Source: Squalus acanthias | Lineage: Eukaryota | Assembly (NCBI GenBank): GCA_030390025.1 | Contig: CM059432.1 | Location: 10,292,001-10,356,000 of the forward strand | Length of the DNA: 64,000 nt | Reading direction: 5' to 3' | Shown here: one piece after another, positions 12,843 to 24,699 of the stretch | Layout: each line of letters opens with the position of its first letter | Position numbering within the stretch: the first letter of the stretch is position 1 | Notes under the pieces: generated by a model | Databases searched by the model: none | The model's input: only the letters and a program-made list of their open reading frames with translations | What the model was told of the DNA's origin: nothing | Made by a program: the position numbers and the translations under genes

Positions 12843-13010
12843 GATGCGGAGATGTCGGTGTTGGACTGGGGTGGACAAAAGTGAGAAGTCGCACAACACC
12901 AGGTTATAGTCCAACAGTTTTATTTGAAATCACAAGCTTTCGGAGCTGCTGCTCCTTCGTCAGGTAAAGTGAAGGAATACGAATCGGCAAAGCATATATA
13001 GACAGAGAAC
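12843..13010 (-). mobile_element. Penelope-like terminal repeat fragment
   Basis: Contains a hammerhead motif followed by aataaaactgttggactataacctggtgttgtg on the minus strand. Confidence 0.65.
12929..12972 (-). ncRNA. Minimal hammerhead ribozyme motif
   Basis: CTGACGA-a-GGAGC agca GCTCC-GAAA-gctt; helix I imperfect. Confidence 0.65.
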
Positions 13011-13259
13011 AATGCCTGTGTAGCGTACAATGTCAGACGACTAAGCACTGACATTGAGAAAGGGAGCATTTAAGTGACTCCTTGGACCTTGGGGAATCCT
13101 GCGGGAATTCCAGTGCCCTGCCATGCTGGTGGTGATTGTCCACGAAAAAAGAGATTAAGTCGCCCACTCTACCAAACAGCACATCTGTGACTCACTTAAC
13201 GCATCTATACGCAGCTGATTGGAAAAGTTACTAAAGTCCCCACTCGCAACCCACAACAT

Positions 13260-14018
13260 GGCCCAGAAATTCGGCTGTTGTCGGGTGAGTACGCGCTGTG
13301 TACTCACCTGTAAGGCCACTTGAAGTGTCGGTTTCCTGCATGCACTGCGCATGCATGGGAAACCGGAACTTCCATTCCCCTGAAGGGAGGGGTTCAGAGG
13401 TGAACCGTTGCGCGGGAGAGGCTGCGCACACGCAGCGAACTTCGTTTTTTTTTCAGGTTTCTCCGGGAAGGTAAGTATGGAGAAGCTGCGCTTTTAAAAA
13501 GGAGGCGCAAGACCCGTTTTTAACAAGGTAAGTGGTTAATTAATTACAGTTTAAAAAAAATTTCAACAGGTTTATCTTTTTTAGATATTTAAAGAAAGGT
13601 AAGTTTATTTTTAGCACCGTTAAAAAGTATTTAAATTTTTTCAAAAATTTAAATTTTTGTTTTAAGTAGTTAATTTATTTAACTTATAGTTATTTTAAAA
13701 ATGTGGATTTTTAAAAAATTTATTTGAAGTTTAAGTATGGTTTTGGGGCCGATTTCAATTCATAGATTTGACAGGTCTTCCTGTCAAATCTATGAATGAA
13801 AATGCCCTGCTAGGATTGGCTCTCCATGGCCCACGTGATCCCAGGGGACGCTTCGAACTAACTGCGCCCCTGGGACACGCAAGCACTGCGCGCCGGCAGC
13901 TGGAGGAGGCCCAGGACCCGAAGTCCTCGTGGGCCCAAAACACAACGGCAGGCGCGGTAGGTAAGTACACGCGCGATGCTTGCACCTGCAGGAAGCCGGA
14001 AAACTGAATTTCTGGCCC
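13260..14018. mobile_element. Harbinger-type MITE, family M1
   Basis: TIRs ggcccagaaattc / gaatttctggccc; flanks cat/aat (degenerate 3-bp TSD); related to 31334-32076 and 43458-49932. Confidence 0.8.
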
Positions 14019-14131
14019 AATAAGGGCAGTTGCAACTTTAACAGTCAGTGGTAGTGCAGTGCCTGCTGTGGTTCACCTGCAGCATGGTAAAACAAAGCAT
14101 CGCTAGACACTCTTCTCCACAAATCCAGGTT

Positions 14132-14610
14132 TGTCAGCTGTGGCTCAGTGGGTAGCACCCTCACCTCTGGGTCAGAAGGTTGTGGGTTCAAAGTCCCACT
14201 CCAGAGACTTGAGCCCAAAAATCTAGGCTGACTATTCCACTGCAATACTGAGGGAGAGCTGCACTGTCAGAGGTGCCGTCTTTCGGATGAGACGTTAAAC
14301 CGAGGCCTTGTCGGCTTTCTCAGGTGGACATAAAAGATCCCACAGGCACTATTTCGAAGAAGAGCAGGGGAGTTATCCCCGGTGTCCTGGCCAATATTTA
14401 TCACTCAACTAACTCACTAAAACAGATTATCTGGTCATTAACACATTGCTGTTGTAGGACATAGTGAAGACATTGCTGTGCGCAAGTTGGCTGCCGCATT
14501 TCCTACATCACAACAGTGACCACACTTCAAAAGTATTTCATTGGCTGTAAAGCGCTTTGGGATGTCCTGAGATCGTGAAAGGCGCGCTAGAAATGCAAGT
14601 TCTTTCTTTT
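14132..14610 (+). mobile_element. Deu-domain SINE
   Basis: tggctcagtggg...gggttcaaagtcc head, cggatgagacgttaaaccgagg core, aaatgcaagttctttct tail. Confidence 0.85.
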
Positions 14611-15357
14611 TATTTCTCTACCTTTGGTGACATTATCCGCAGATATTGGGTAAACTTCCCATTGGATGCACTTTGGGATGTTCTTTTACATTAAAGGTGC
14701 TACACAAATGCAAGTTGTAGTTGTTCTTGTTGTTACAGGTGAATGTGTTCCTCACCTTTCCACACGTGTCTTTTTGAGGCCCATCAAGCATGGCATAAAC
14801 CAAAGCTGGCAACTGCTGCCCCCTCTAGGAGGTACCATGTGAAAGACTATGCACAACCATCAGCCTTTTGCACACACTCAGTCATTACACCTATGCTGCA
14901 CGGCACACCTTACGTGAGGGTGGAGGTGGTAGCTGAGCAAAAGCACAGAGATGCGGAGGAGACCAGGCCAAGCTGCACCTCCGCTGTTGGGGGATCAATG
15001 ACCACAGAAACAGAGGGTAGTCCCATTCATCTCAGAGCCATCGGCCCAGTGTTTCTTCTCCACGTACTGTAGGTACCTAGGGATGCTGCATAGTGAAGAC
15101 ATCATGGCTGCTTCCAGGAAAATGGCCAATGACCTCCGATACCACCCGAACATTCACTTTTAAGTTTCGCTTTAATTTTAATCACTCTATTCATTTAAGC
15201 CACTCCAGCAAAAGTGCAGAAATGAAAATTAAAATGAGGCTGTAAAGAGATTCATATGTCAAATCTGGGAGCTGACAATACAAAAAAATCAAGCCAAATA
15301 TAGAGAATATACCAAGGCAAGTGAAAAATCACATTATAAAGACAAAGTGCTTATGAA

Positions 15358-15695
15358 CTTAAGAAATTAGGAACAGGAGGAGGCCATTTAGCCCCTCGAG
15401 CCTGTTCCGTCATTCAATGAGATCATGGCTGATCTGTGTCTTAACTCCATTTACCCATCTTGGTTCTGTATCCTTTAATACCCTTGCCGAACAAAAATCT
15501 ATCAATCTAAGTTTTGAAATTTTACATTAACCCCCAGCCTGAACAGCTTTTTTGAGAGTTCCAGATTTCCACTACCCTTTGTGTGAAGAAGTGCTTCCTG
15601 ACATCACCCCTGAAAGGTCTGGCTCTAGTTTTTAGACTATGCCCCTAGTCCTAGACTCTCCAACCAGCGGAAATAGTTACTCTCTATCTGCCCTA
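15358..15695 (-). mobile_element. CR1 LINE 3' end
   Basis: aggccatttagcccctcgagcc 3' UTR and ctagtcctagactctc C-terminal coding segment (reverse complement). Confidence 0.75.
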
Positions 15696-16479
15696 TGTAA
15701 AAATACATCATTTGCTATAAAAGTTTGCTGTAACTTGACCAAACTTAAAAGTTGACCAAATTTAATGTACCAGCATGCCTTGAGAGGCCAAGAGACTTTC
15801 TGCTGGACAACTGTTAAAATAACACTGCTGCGGCTGCAAGCTGTTAATCAGATAAGGAAGCGACAGACCCTGAGCAGAAACAGACTGTTGGGCGTTACAA
15901 AGACAGGAACACCTTCAGGCAAATGGTGTGAACGGCCTTGGGACCCACTGATTAACTGACTAGGTGATAAGAAGAGGAAAATAACTGCCCACCATTTGTC
16001 ACACAGTTTGGGACACATACGCATTGAGGGGCCTGCCCAGGTTTTGGGGTATAACAAGAGCTGCTAAAAGACACTTGAGGCTGCAGTCGGGGCAACTTGA
16101 TCAGTTGCCAGTTAAAGTCATACGTCTAGTCATCACCAAACCAACCACTCATTGGTGTTAGTACATATGTGGTGTTTGCTTATGATCGCTTGAGTTTAAA
16201 GTAAAGGAATAGATCTGTGAATGCTGAAGTATAATCGGGAATCGTTATCCGCAACAGTACTATTAGATGCTATCTGGTAATCTCGTGCTGATTTTTAAGT
16301 AAAAGAAAGTTTTTCCCTGAAATCCTTCGGTTTTGTGTTGTCTGTTCCACGGGTCTGAACTCTGTAAACTGTTGGATGGGGCGAGGGGTAATTCTGCATG
16401 TCTTACACCTATCAGTTCCCCTTAAGAAGAAAGACTGGCAGATAACGCAACGGGAAATATTAAACAATTTAATAAAAAT

Positions 16480-17090
16480 AGATAAGGAGAAGGTAGGACT
16501 GATTAGAAATGAAATAGGAAGTCATCTTATGGAGGATGAAGGAATGACTGAGATACTAAATGTGTACTTTGCCTTGGGTTTCACAGAAGAGTTGATAGTG
16601 GGACTGAGGAGGAGGTGGGACAATTGGATAGGATAACTATAGATAAGGAAGTTGTACTGAAAAAATTGGTGCAATTCAAAGTTGAAAAAGCCCTGGTGGC
16701 AAGCACCCTAGAATGCTGAGGAAAGTCAGAGAGGAAATAGCGGAGCTCTGACCACAATCTTTCAAACATCCTTGGATATGGAAATTGTGCTAGAGGACTG
16801 GAAGGTTGGCGATGTAACACCTCTGTTCTGAAAGGGAGAAAGAGATAAGGGGACTATAGACCAGCCAGCCCAACATGTGTTAGCTTATACTTGCTATAAT
16901 ACAGGATAAAATGGAAACTCAGTTAAATAAGAACAGTCAGTATGGATTTGTGACATAAGAACAGGAGTTGGTCATTCAGCCCTTTGAGCCTGTTCCACCA
17001 TTCAGTTCGATCATGGGTGATCTGTATCTTAACTCTGTCTACCCGCCTTGTTTCCGTAACCCTTAATACCCTTGCCTAACAAAAATTGAC
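16480..17090. mobile_element. Degraded CR1 fragments (+ strand ORF2 piece, then - strand 3' tail)
   Basis: EILNVYFA and gaggactggaaggttggcgatgtaacacctctgttc (DW..A.VTPLF); acataaga tail at ~16952. Confidence 0.65.
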
Positions 17091-17312
17091 AGGCACGTAC
17101 CTGGAATTTCATGGGGTTTGTCCCAATGTTCCAAAGTAACTTCAGCAGAAGCCCCAGAGAAACAGCGTAAATGGCTAAAAATTGCGGATCTTCCGCCAAA
17201 GTTGTGGCGGGAAATAGCGAGAACACTGCAGAAGTTCTCTGACAAATTTAACAGAGTTCTTTGAGGATAAAGGGAGTGTGTTGATTAAGGAAATGCAATG
17301 CTTGTTGCATAT

Positions 17313-18028
17313 AGGGGGGAGAAATTCATTATAGCCCCATATGGGGCGCAAAATTTTAAAAGTTTGGAAAATTGGCACCAGGCACTAATGTTTCCAAACT
17401 TTTAAAAAATTTGGTTTTGTGCCACAAGAAGGAAATGGAGCACTAAATCAACCAGTCCACTCCCTTCTTGGAGCGCAATTGGCAGCAGGCGGCGGAGACT
17501 TCAGCAGCGCTGCACACTGGGCCGTGCAGTGCCGCCGTGTTCAAAGGCTCCTCCCCTCCCTTAAAGGGAAGGATCATCGCTGCAGGCTCTGCAATAGAAA
17601 AAGTACCGACCTGAACCACCAAGGCAGCCGCGATCCCGCGCGATCAGCCCGGCACTCAAGCAGAGTGCCAGGCTGATCGATCGCGGGCAGGAACCCACGA
17701 AAAAAAGCAGATCAAAAAAGGTAAGTTTTTTTTTTACTCACCTCGGCCACCTCGCCTTTAATCATCGCCCCCGAAGCAGCCGGCCAGCCGCCCGATGCAC
17801 GCCTCCTGCAGCTGTCGGTGTTTTTGCCCGGCGCTGCTGCAGGGGGCGGAAGTCAATTTCGGGTCCGGGGCGCTACTGGGGCGAGGCGCACGGCGATGAC
17901 GTCACGATCTCCAGATGAAGGAGATCAGGGCGCAACGCCATAGCGCCGCCGCAAAACTCCAGCCGAAAATGGCGGGAATCGATGTCAGCGCCGCGCTCGC
18001 TCGCAGAGCCATTTGCGCCCCCAAGGAC
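17313..18028. mobile_element. Harbinger-type MITE / deletion derivative, right end truncated
   Basis: Starts ggggggagaaattca like element C; rich in CpG and gcgcc/ggcgc motifs. Confidence 0.6.
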
Positions 18029-18029
18029 T

Positions 18030-18560
18030 AGAAACATAGAAGAAACATAGAAGATAGGAGCAGGAGTAGGCCATTCAGCCCCTCGAGCCTGCTCCGCCAT
18101 TTAATGAGATCATGGCTGATCATCCATATTCAGTACCCTATAGAAACATAGAAGATAGGAGCAGGTATTTGATAAGGTGGTGCATTGGAGCCCTATTGAT
18201 AAAAGTAAGGTACATAATATTAAAGTGTGGCATCATGGATAGGAAGTTGGTTAAAGGGCAGAGAATAGAGACTGGTGGTTAATCGATGTTTTTCGGTCTG
18301 GAGAGTAATCAATAATTGTGTCCATTATCCAGCAGTGTTGAGACTGTTGCTCATCTCAACATATATAAGTGATCTGAACTTGGGTATAGAGGTCACAGAA
18401 ATAGGAATCATGGCTAACTGAACAGGGCTATAAACAACTTCAGGAGAACATAGACAAGTTAATAGATTGGGCGGATAGATGTCTGATCAAATTTAATGCT
18501 GAGAAATGTGAATGTATTATATTTTGGGAGGAGGTATAAGGAGAAAATACATATACACTA
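18030..18560. mobile_element. CR1 3' tails (-) and degraded CR1 RT fragment (+)
   Basis: agaaacatag tail repeats; tttgataaggtg...LQENIDKLIDWADR..IKFNAEKCE. Confidence 0.7.
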
Positions 18561-18742
18561 AATGGAGAAGGAGGTCATTTTGTAGATTGTTCCAATAGGG
18601 AGCAAAGTGCCATAATTTAAAAAGTAATGGATACCTTGCTTTGGGGCAATTTTGGGGCTTTTTGAAAGTGCATGACAGACTTGGATCAGCCCTCTGCTGG
18701 CGTAGATTATGCTGGGCTTATCCGGTGGTGTACAGGGTGGAA

Positions 18743-19270
18743 AGAAAAAAGACTTGCATTTACTTAGCGCCATTCACAACCTCCTAAAGCGCTTTACAGC
18801 CAATGAAGTACTTTTGAAGTAAAGTCACTGTTGTAATGTAGGAATCACAGCAGTCAATTTGCACACAGCAAGCTCCCACAAACAGCAATGTGATAATGAC
18901 CAGATAATGTTTTTTAGTGATGTTGGTTGAGGGATAAATATTGGCCAGGATAACTTCCCTGTTTCCCTTCGAAATAGTGCCATGAGATCCACCTGAGAGG
19001 GCAGACGGGGCCTCAGTTTAACGTCTCATCTGAAAGACTGCGCCTCTGACAGTGCAGCACTCCCTCAGCACTGCACTGGAGTGTCAGCCTAGATTTTGTG
19101 CTCAAGTCTCTGGAGTGGACTTGAACCCACAACCTCCCAAAATATAATACATTCACATTTCTCAGCATTAAATTTGATCAGACATCTATCTGCCCAATCT
19201 ATTAACTTGTCTCTGTCCTCCTGAAGTTGCTTATAGCCCTGTGCTACCCACTGAGCCATGGCTGACACTG
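18743..19270 (-). mobile_element. Deu-domain SINE with an inserted ~110 bp CR1 piece
   Basis: SINE tail, core and head present; 19133-19242 is the reverse complement of 18422-18531. Confidence 0.85.
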
Positions 19271-19504
19271 TATTCTCAGGGTAGCCCAGAAGCACACCCA
19301 GAACCTCCACCAAGGTCTCGTCCAGACACACAGAGAGTGGATGTAAGACCAGTCAGCTACCCCGACCCACCTTCCCAAGTAAGTTGCCTTGGATCAAAAG
19401 CCGGTGATTGTGTTTCTTCCCTCCTTCGCCAGAGGTGATCAACCCACTATGAACCCTGGTGCAAAACCAGAGTTTCAAGCCCATTCTTTCTGAATGATTT
19501 ACAA

Positions 19505-19825
19505 TGTTGCCCTACAACCCTTCGAGATCTCTGCGCTCCTCCAATTCTGGCCTCCTGTGCATTCCCAATTTATTTCGCTCCACCATTGGCGGCTGTGCCT
19601 TCAGCTGCCTGAGCACTGAGCTCTGAAATTCCAACACTAAACTCTCCGCCTCTCTACCGCTCCCAAATCCTTTAAGATGCTCCTTAAAACCTACCTCTTT
19701 GACCACCTGTCCTAATATCTCCTCATGCGGCTCGGTGTCAAATATTGTCTAATAATTGCTCCAATGCAGCGCCTTGGGCCATTTTTACTATGTTAAAAGT
19801 GCTATATAAATGCAATGTGTTGTTT
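19505..19825 (+). mobile_element. L2 LINE 3' end
   Basis: ctccttaaaacctacctctttgacca...gcgccttggg...gctatataaatgcaa tail. Confidence 0.75.
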
Positions 19826-20174
19826 TTATATTCGGTGACCAAAGTTATTCTTTGTCCAGTAGATCTTATTTGACCAGAGGTCGTCAGTAAAGAACTGTAC
19901 TATTTTCATGAGTTTAGAGCAAGAACATAGTACATACATAGTGCACAGTGACTTAAGAAAACTACTAGGCACTTGGTCTAAGCGTTAAACAAAGCTTTAA
20001 TCAACTGTTTTACAACATGGAGGTCTAGTTGTGTCCTTCACTAGTTCCTGTTAAGAATGTCCTGCGCAAGCTGGGCCCGTGCCTGAGTACTTATACTATC
20101 CCTGGACAGCGCCACCCGCAAGCCACTCAGTATTATTTCATAAGTCATTTCCACATGAATGACAAGATTCATGT

Positions 20175-21146
20175 CACACAGTATTTACAGCACAGAAACA
20201 GGCCATTCATCCCAACTGGTCCATGCTGGTGTTTATGCTCCACACGAGCCTTCTCCCCACCCTACCTCATCTCACCCTATCAGCATATCCTTCTATTCCC
20301 TTCTCCCTCATGTACTTATCCAGCTTCCCCTTAAATGCATCTATGCTATTTGCCTCAGCTACTCGTTGTGGTAGCGAGTTCCACATTCTCATCACTCTCT
20401 GGGTATAGAAATTTCTTCTGAATTCCTCATTGGATTTATTAGTGACTATCTTATATTTATGGCCCCTAGGGGGGAAAATCGGTTGCTTTGCGCCTCCCGT
20501 TAGCGCCCCGGCCGCAAACTTTGCTCCCGCCCCCTGACCTATCTCCGGACGCTATGTCCGACAGGGTCAGGGTGGTGATTTTGCGGCCGCGGCAGCACAA
20601 ATTAAAGGGCAGGTGCCAGGTGGCCAATTTTTTTGGGCCGCCTGTCAGCAGCTGCCCCCTCTCGCCTCTCTTGCGGGTTGCCGGCCGCGATTGGTCAGCC
20701 CGGCACTCCTCCTTTCAAGTGCCGGGCTGTTTTCCCAGCACCCCGCTCCCCGGTGCGTGCTGCGCTAGGCCCCTCCCCTTTAATCAGGGAGGGAGGGCTG
20801 TAGTACCGCGGCGCAACATGACAATGCGCGTGGCGCTGTTGCACGTAGCGCCGCGATATTCAATGGGAGCGCCCCAAGAGGGAGGGGGAGCGCTTCCAGT
20901 AACGCCCCGCCTCCTGCTTGGGATGCTCCCATTGAACTTTGGGCGAAGTTAGCGCCCCAAAGGGGGCGCGAGCCAATATTTCCCCCCTAGTTTTTGGCTC
21001 TCGTACAAGCGGAAACCTCTTCTCTACGTCTACCCTATCAAACCCCTTCATCATTTTAAAGACCGCTGTCAGGTCTCCCCTTCGACCTTCTCTTTTATAT
21101 AGAAAAGAGCGCCAGCCTGTTCAGTCTTTCCTGATCGGTGTAACCT
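20175..21146 (-). mobile_element. CR1 3' fragment, interrupted by a MITE; resumes at 25988-26090
   Basis: MMKGFDRVDVEKRFPLV..KTRG and the CR1 3' UTR. Confidence 0.8.
20469..20987. mobile_element. Harbinger-type MITE
   Basis: gggggaaaatcgg / ccaatatttccccc termini; 3-bp TSD cta/tag restores the CR1 sequence ggcccctagtttt. Confidence 0.85.
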
Positions 21147-21338
21147 ATGGGTGGTGGAGGCAGATTCAACCGTGGATTTCAAAAGGGAATTGGATAAGTA
21201 CCTGAAGGAAAAAAAATTGCAGGGCTACGGGGAAAGGGCGGGGGAGCGGGACTGGCTGAAGTGCTCTTGCAGGGGGCCGACATGGGCTCGACGGGCCGAA
21301 TGGCCTCCTTCTGTGCGGTAACCATTCTATGATTCTAT
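21147..21338 (+). mobile_element. CR1 3' tail; its (attctatg)n repeat continues at 25981
   Basis: gggccgaatggcctccttctgtg...attctatgattctat; taacct duplicated at 21141 and 25989. Confidence 0.75.
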
Positions 21339-22112
21339 GGGGGAAAAATTAGTGTTAACGGCGGCTGGAAATGGCCGCAACGCTAACCGAGTGAAATTGG
21401 TCTGGGGGGAATGGAGATAGGTGGCGCAGCGCTTACCTTTCGTGCAACGCCACCCTGGTGACGTTGCTGGAGGGATCCGGGATGAAGTTCCTGCCCAGGT
21501 CCGACGTTGCAGCTTCCCACAGCCTCTGGGAGCGAAGCAGTGGAGCTCGCAGGGAATTGTGGGTAATGAAGAGGTCGGAGAATTAAAGGGGCCATGCACA
21601 CTGAAGCAATACAAAATAAAATGCAGTGAATCAAAACGTTTTTCAGCCCTTTCAGCCTTTTAAAAAATATTCAACATTTAAAAGAAATTCCAAATGTGAA
21701 TATTCAGCTGTTAAAGCTGAATTACCTTCCTCACCTCAACAAATGGGAAAACTGCCTCAACACTACCGCAAATGGCTCAATAAGCCAGGGAAGAGGCACC
21801 GAGGGTCTCACACGCAGCACTCCAGCTTTGTGCAAGGGGTCAACACTGCAAAAGCGGCCCTCTACCCACAGGGGCCAGGAGGCCCTCCAGAAAGAAGGAT
21901 GTGGGACTACATCACTAAGACCGTCACTGCCAGCAGTGTCGCCCCCACCACCTGGCTCCAGTGCCCAAAGAAGCTTCATGACCTCAGACCACTGGTCAAG
22001 GTCAGTGAATGCATCTTCAAAAGCCGTCACCTACCAACTGCACCACTAGCCTCACACACTGCTCAATGCACGACCCCCAATCACTCACCTACCAACAATC
22101 TGTACCAGTGAT

Positions 22113-22967
22113 ACATACGAACATACGAATTAGGAGCAGGAATAGGCCCTTCGAGCCTGCTCTGCCAATCAATAAGATCATGGCTGATCTGATTACTCCA
22201 CATTCCCGCCTACCCCCGATAACCTTTCACCTCCTTGCTTATCAAGAATCTATCTACCTCTGCCTTAAAAATATTCAAAGACTCTGCTTCCACCGCCCTC
22301 TGAGGAAGAGAGTTCCAAAGACTCACGACCCTCTGTGAGAAAAAATTTCTCCTCATCTCTGTCTTAAATGGGCGACCCCTTATTTTTAAACAGTGACCCC
22401 TAGTTCTAGATTCTCCCACAGGAGGAAACATCCTCTCCACATCCACCCTGTCCAGACCCTCAGGATCTTATATGTTTCAATCAAGTCACCTCTTACTTTT
22501 CTAAACTCCAGCGGATACAAGCCCAGCCTGTCCAACCTTTCCTCATAAGACAACCCGCCCATTCCAGGTATTAGTCTAGTAAACCTTCTCTGAACTGCTT
22601 CCAACGCATTTACATCCTTCCTTAAATAAGGAGACCAATACTGTACACAGTACTCCAGATGTGGTCTCACCAATGCCCTGTATAACTGAAGCATAACCTC
22701 CCTACTTTTGTATTCAATTCCCCTCGCAATAAACGATAACATTCCATTAGCTTTCCTAATTACTTGCTGTATCTGCACACTAACCTTTTGCGATTCATGC
22801 ACTAGGACACCCAGATCCCTCTGCATCTCAGAGCTCTGCAATCACTCACCATTTAGATAATATGCTTCTTTTTTATTCTTCCAGCCAAAATGGACAATTT
22901 CACATTTTCCCACATTATACTCCATTTGCCAGATCTTTGCCCAGTCACTTAACCTAACTATATCCCT
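22113..22967 (-). mobile_element. CR1 3' fragment; resumes at 24010-24075
   Basis: RDLGVLVHES...LYRALVRPHLEYCVQYWSP...RRNFFSQRVV. Confidence 0.9.
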
Positions 22968-24009
22968 ATAGGGTTCCCCTTGTCCTCACCTTTCACCCCA
23001 CCAGCCTCCACATTCAACGGATCATCCTCCGCCATTTCCGCCACCTCCAGCGTGATCCCACCACCAAACACATCTTCCCCTCACCTCCCCTTTCAGCATT
23101 CCGCAGGGACCGCTCCCTCCGCGACACCCTAGTCCACTCCTCTACCACCCCCAGCACCCCTTCCCCTTCGCCCGGCACCTTCCCGTGCACGCGCAGGAGA
23201 TGCAACACATGCCCTTATACCTCCCCTCTTCCCACTGTCCAGGGCCCCAAACACCCCTTCCAGGTGAAACAGCGATTTACTTGTACTTCCTGCAATTTAG
23301 TATACTGTATTCGCTGCTCACGATGTGGACTCCTCTACATTGGGGAGACCAAACGCAGATTGGGTGACCGCTTTGCGGAACACCTCCGTTCAGTCCGTAA
23401 GGGGGACCCCGAGCTCCCGGTGGCCTGTCACTTTAATTCACCGCTTCACTCCCACTCTGACCTCACCGTCCTCGGCCTAATACACTGTTCCACGGAAGCT
23501 CAGCGTAAGCTCGAGGAACAGCACCTCATCTTTCGTTTAGGCACGCTACAGCCCTCTGGACTCAATATCGAGTTCAACAATTTTAGATCATAACCTCAGC
23601 TCCAATCACATTTATATTTTATTTTATCCACCCTTTTATTTGTCCCCCCCACCCTTTTTTTTCCTCCTAGAAGCTGGCAGCTGTCCTTCATTCTGCCAGT
23701 AGATTTCACACTTCATTCAGCCTTAATCTGTCACATTAACACCACCTCTAGCCTTGCATATCTCTTAATGTCTCTTAATGTCTCTTCATCTCCTCCTTTG
23801 TTCCTTTATCCCCTCCCCCTTTTCCCAGCTTTACCCTGGCCTTAAATCTATTTGATTTCCAGCTCTTCCCAGTTCTGATGAAAGGTCATCGACCTGAAAC
23901 GTCAACTCTCTTTCTCTCTCCACGGATGCTGCCTGGCCTGCTGAGTTTTTCCAGCGTTTTCTGTTGTTATTTCGGATTTCCAGCATCTGCAGTATTTTGC
24001 TATCGTATT
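22968..24009 (+). mobile_element. Penelope-like element 3' part (GIY-YIG endonuclease + terminal repeat)
   Basis: ORF 23264-23593: NLVYCIRCSRCGLLYIGETKRRLGDRFAEH...PVACHFN; flanked by the 9-bp duplication tatatccct (22959-22967 / 24010-24018). Confidence 0.9.
23871..23907 (+). ncRNA. Minimal type I hammerhead ribozyme
   Basis: agtt-CTGATGA-a-AGGTC atc GACCT-GAAAC-GTC-aact: helix I agtt/aact, 5-bp helix II, GUC cleavage triplet. Confidence 0.8.
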
Positions 24010-24082
24010 TATATCCCTTTGTAGCCTCCTTATGTCATCTTCACAATTTACTTTCCTACCTATCTTTGTGTCATGATGAGGC

Positions 24083-24695
24083 ACATAAGAACATAAGAAC
24101 ATAAGAAATAGGAGCAGGAGTAGGCCAATCGGCCCCTCGAGCCTGCTCCGCCATTCAATAAGATCATGGCTGATCTGATCCTAACCTCAAATCTAAAGAA
24201 CACAAGAAGTAGGAGCAGGACCCGGCCACTCAGCCCCTGGGCCCGCTCCGCCACCCACAGGGCCCTGACCGATCCGAACTCAGCCTCATGTCCAATTTCC
24301 TGCCCGCTCCCCGTAACCCCTAATTCCCTTTACCTCTAGGAAACTGTCTATTTCTGTTTTAAATTTATTTAATGATGTAGCTTCCACAGCTTCCTGGGGC
24401 AGCAAATTCCACAGACCCACTACCCTCTGAGTGAAGAAGTTTCTCCTCATCTCAGTTTTGAAAGAGCAGCCCCTTATTCTAAGATTATGCCCCCTAGTTC
24501 TAGTTTCACCCATCCTTGGGAACATCCTTACCGCATCCACCCGATCAAGCCCCTTCACAATCTTATATGTTTCAATAAGATTGCCTCTCATTCTTCTGAA
24601 CTCCAATGAGTAGAGTCCCAATCTACTCAACCTCTCCTCATATGTCCACCCCCTCATCCCCGGGATTAACCGAGTGAACCTTCTTTGTACTTCTT
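24083..24695 (-). mobile_element. CR1 3' fragment with (acataaga)n tail
   Basis: VQRRFTRLIPGMRG..YEERLSRLGLYSLE.RR.RG.LIETYKI. Confidence 0.85.
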
Positions 24696-24699
24696 TGTA

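Noticed and set aside
14135..14205. tRNA genes at SINE heads
   Set aside because: The A/B boxes are fused to the Deu core and LINE-like tail; no complete cloverleaf was seen.
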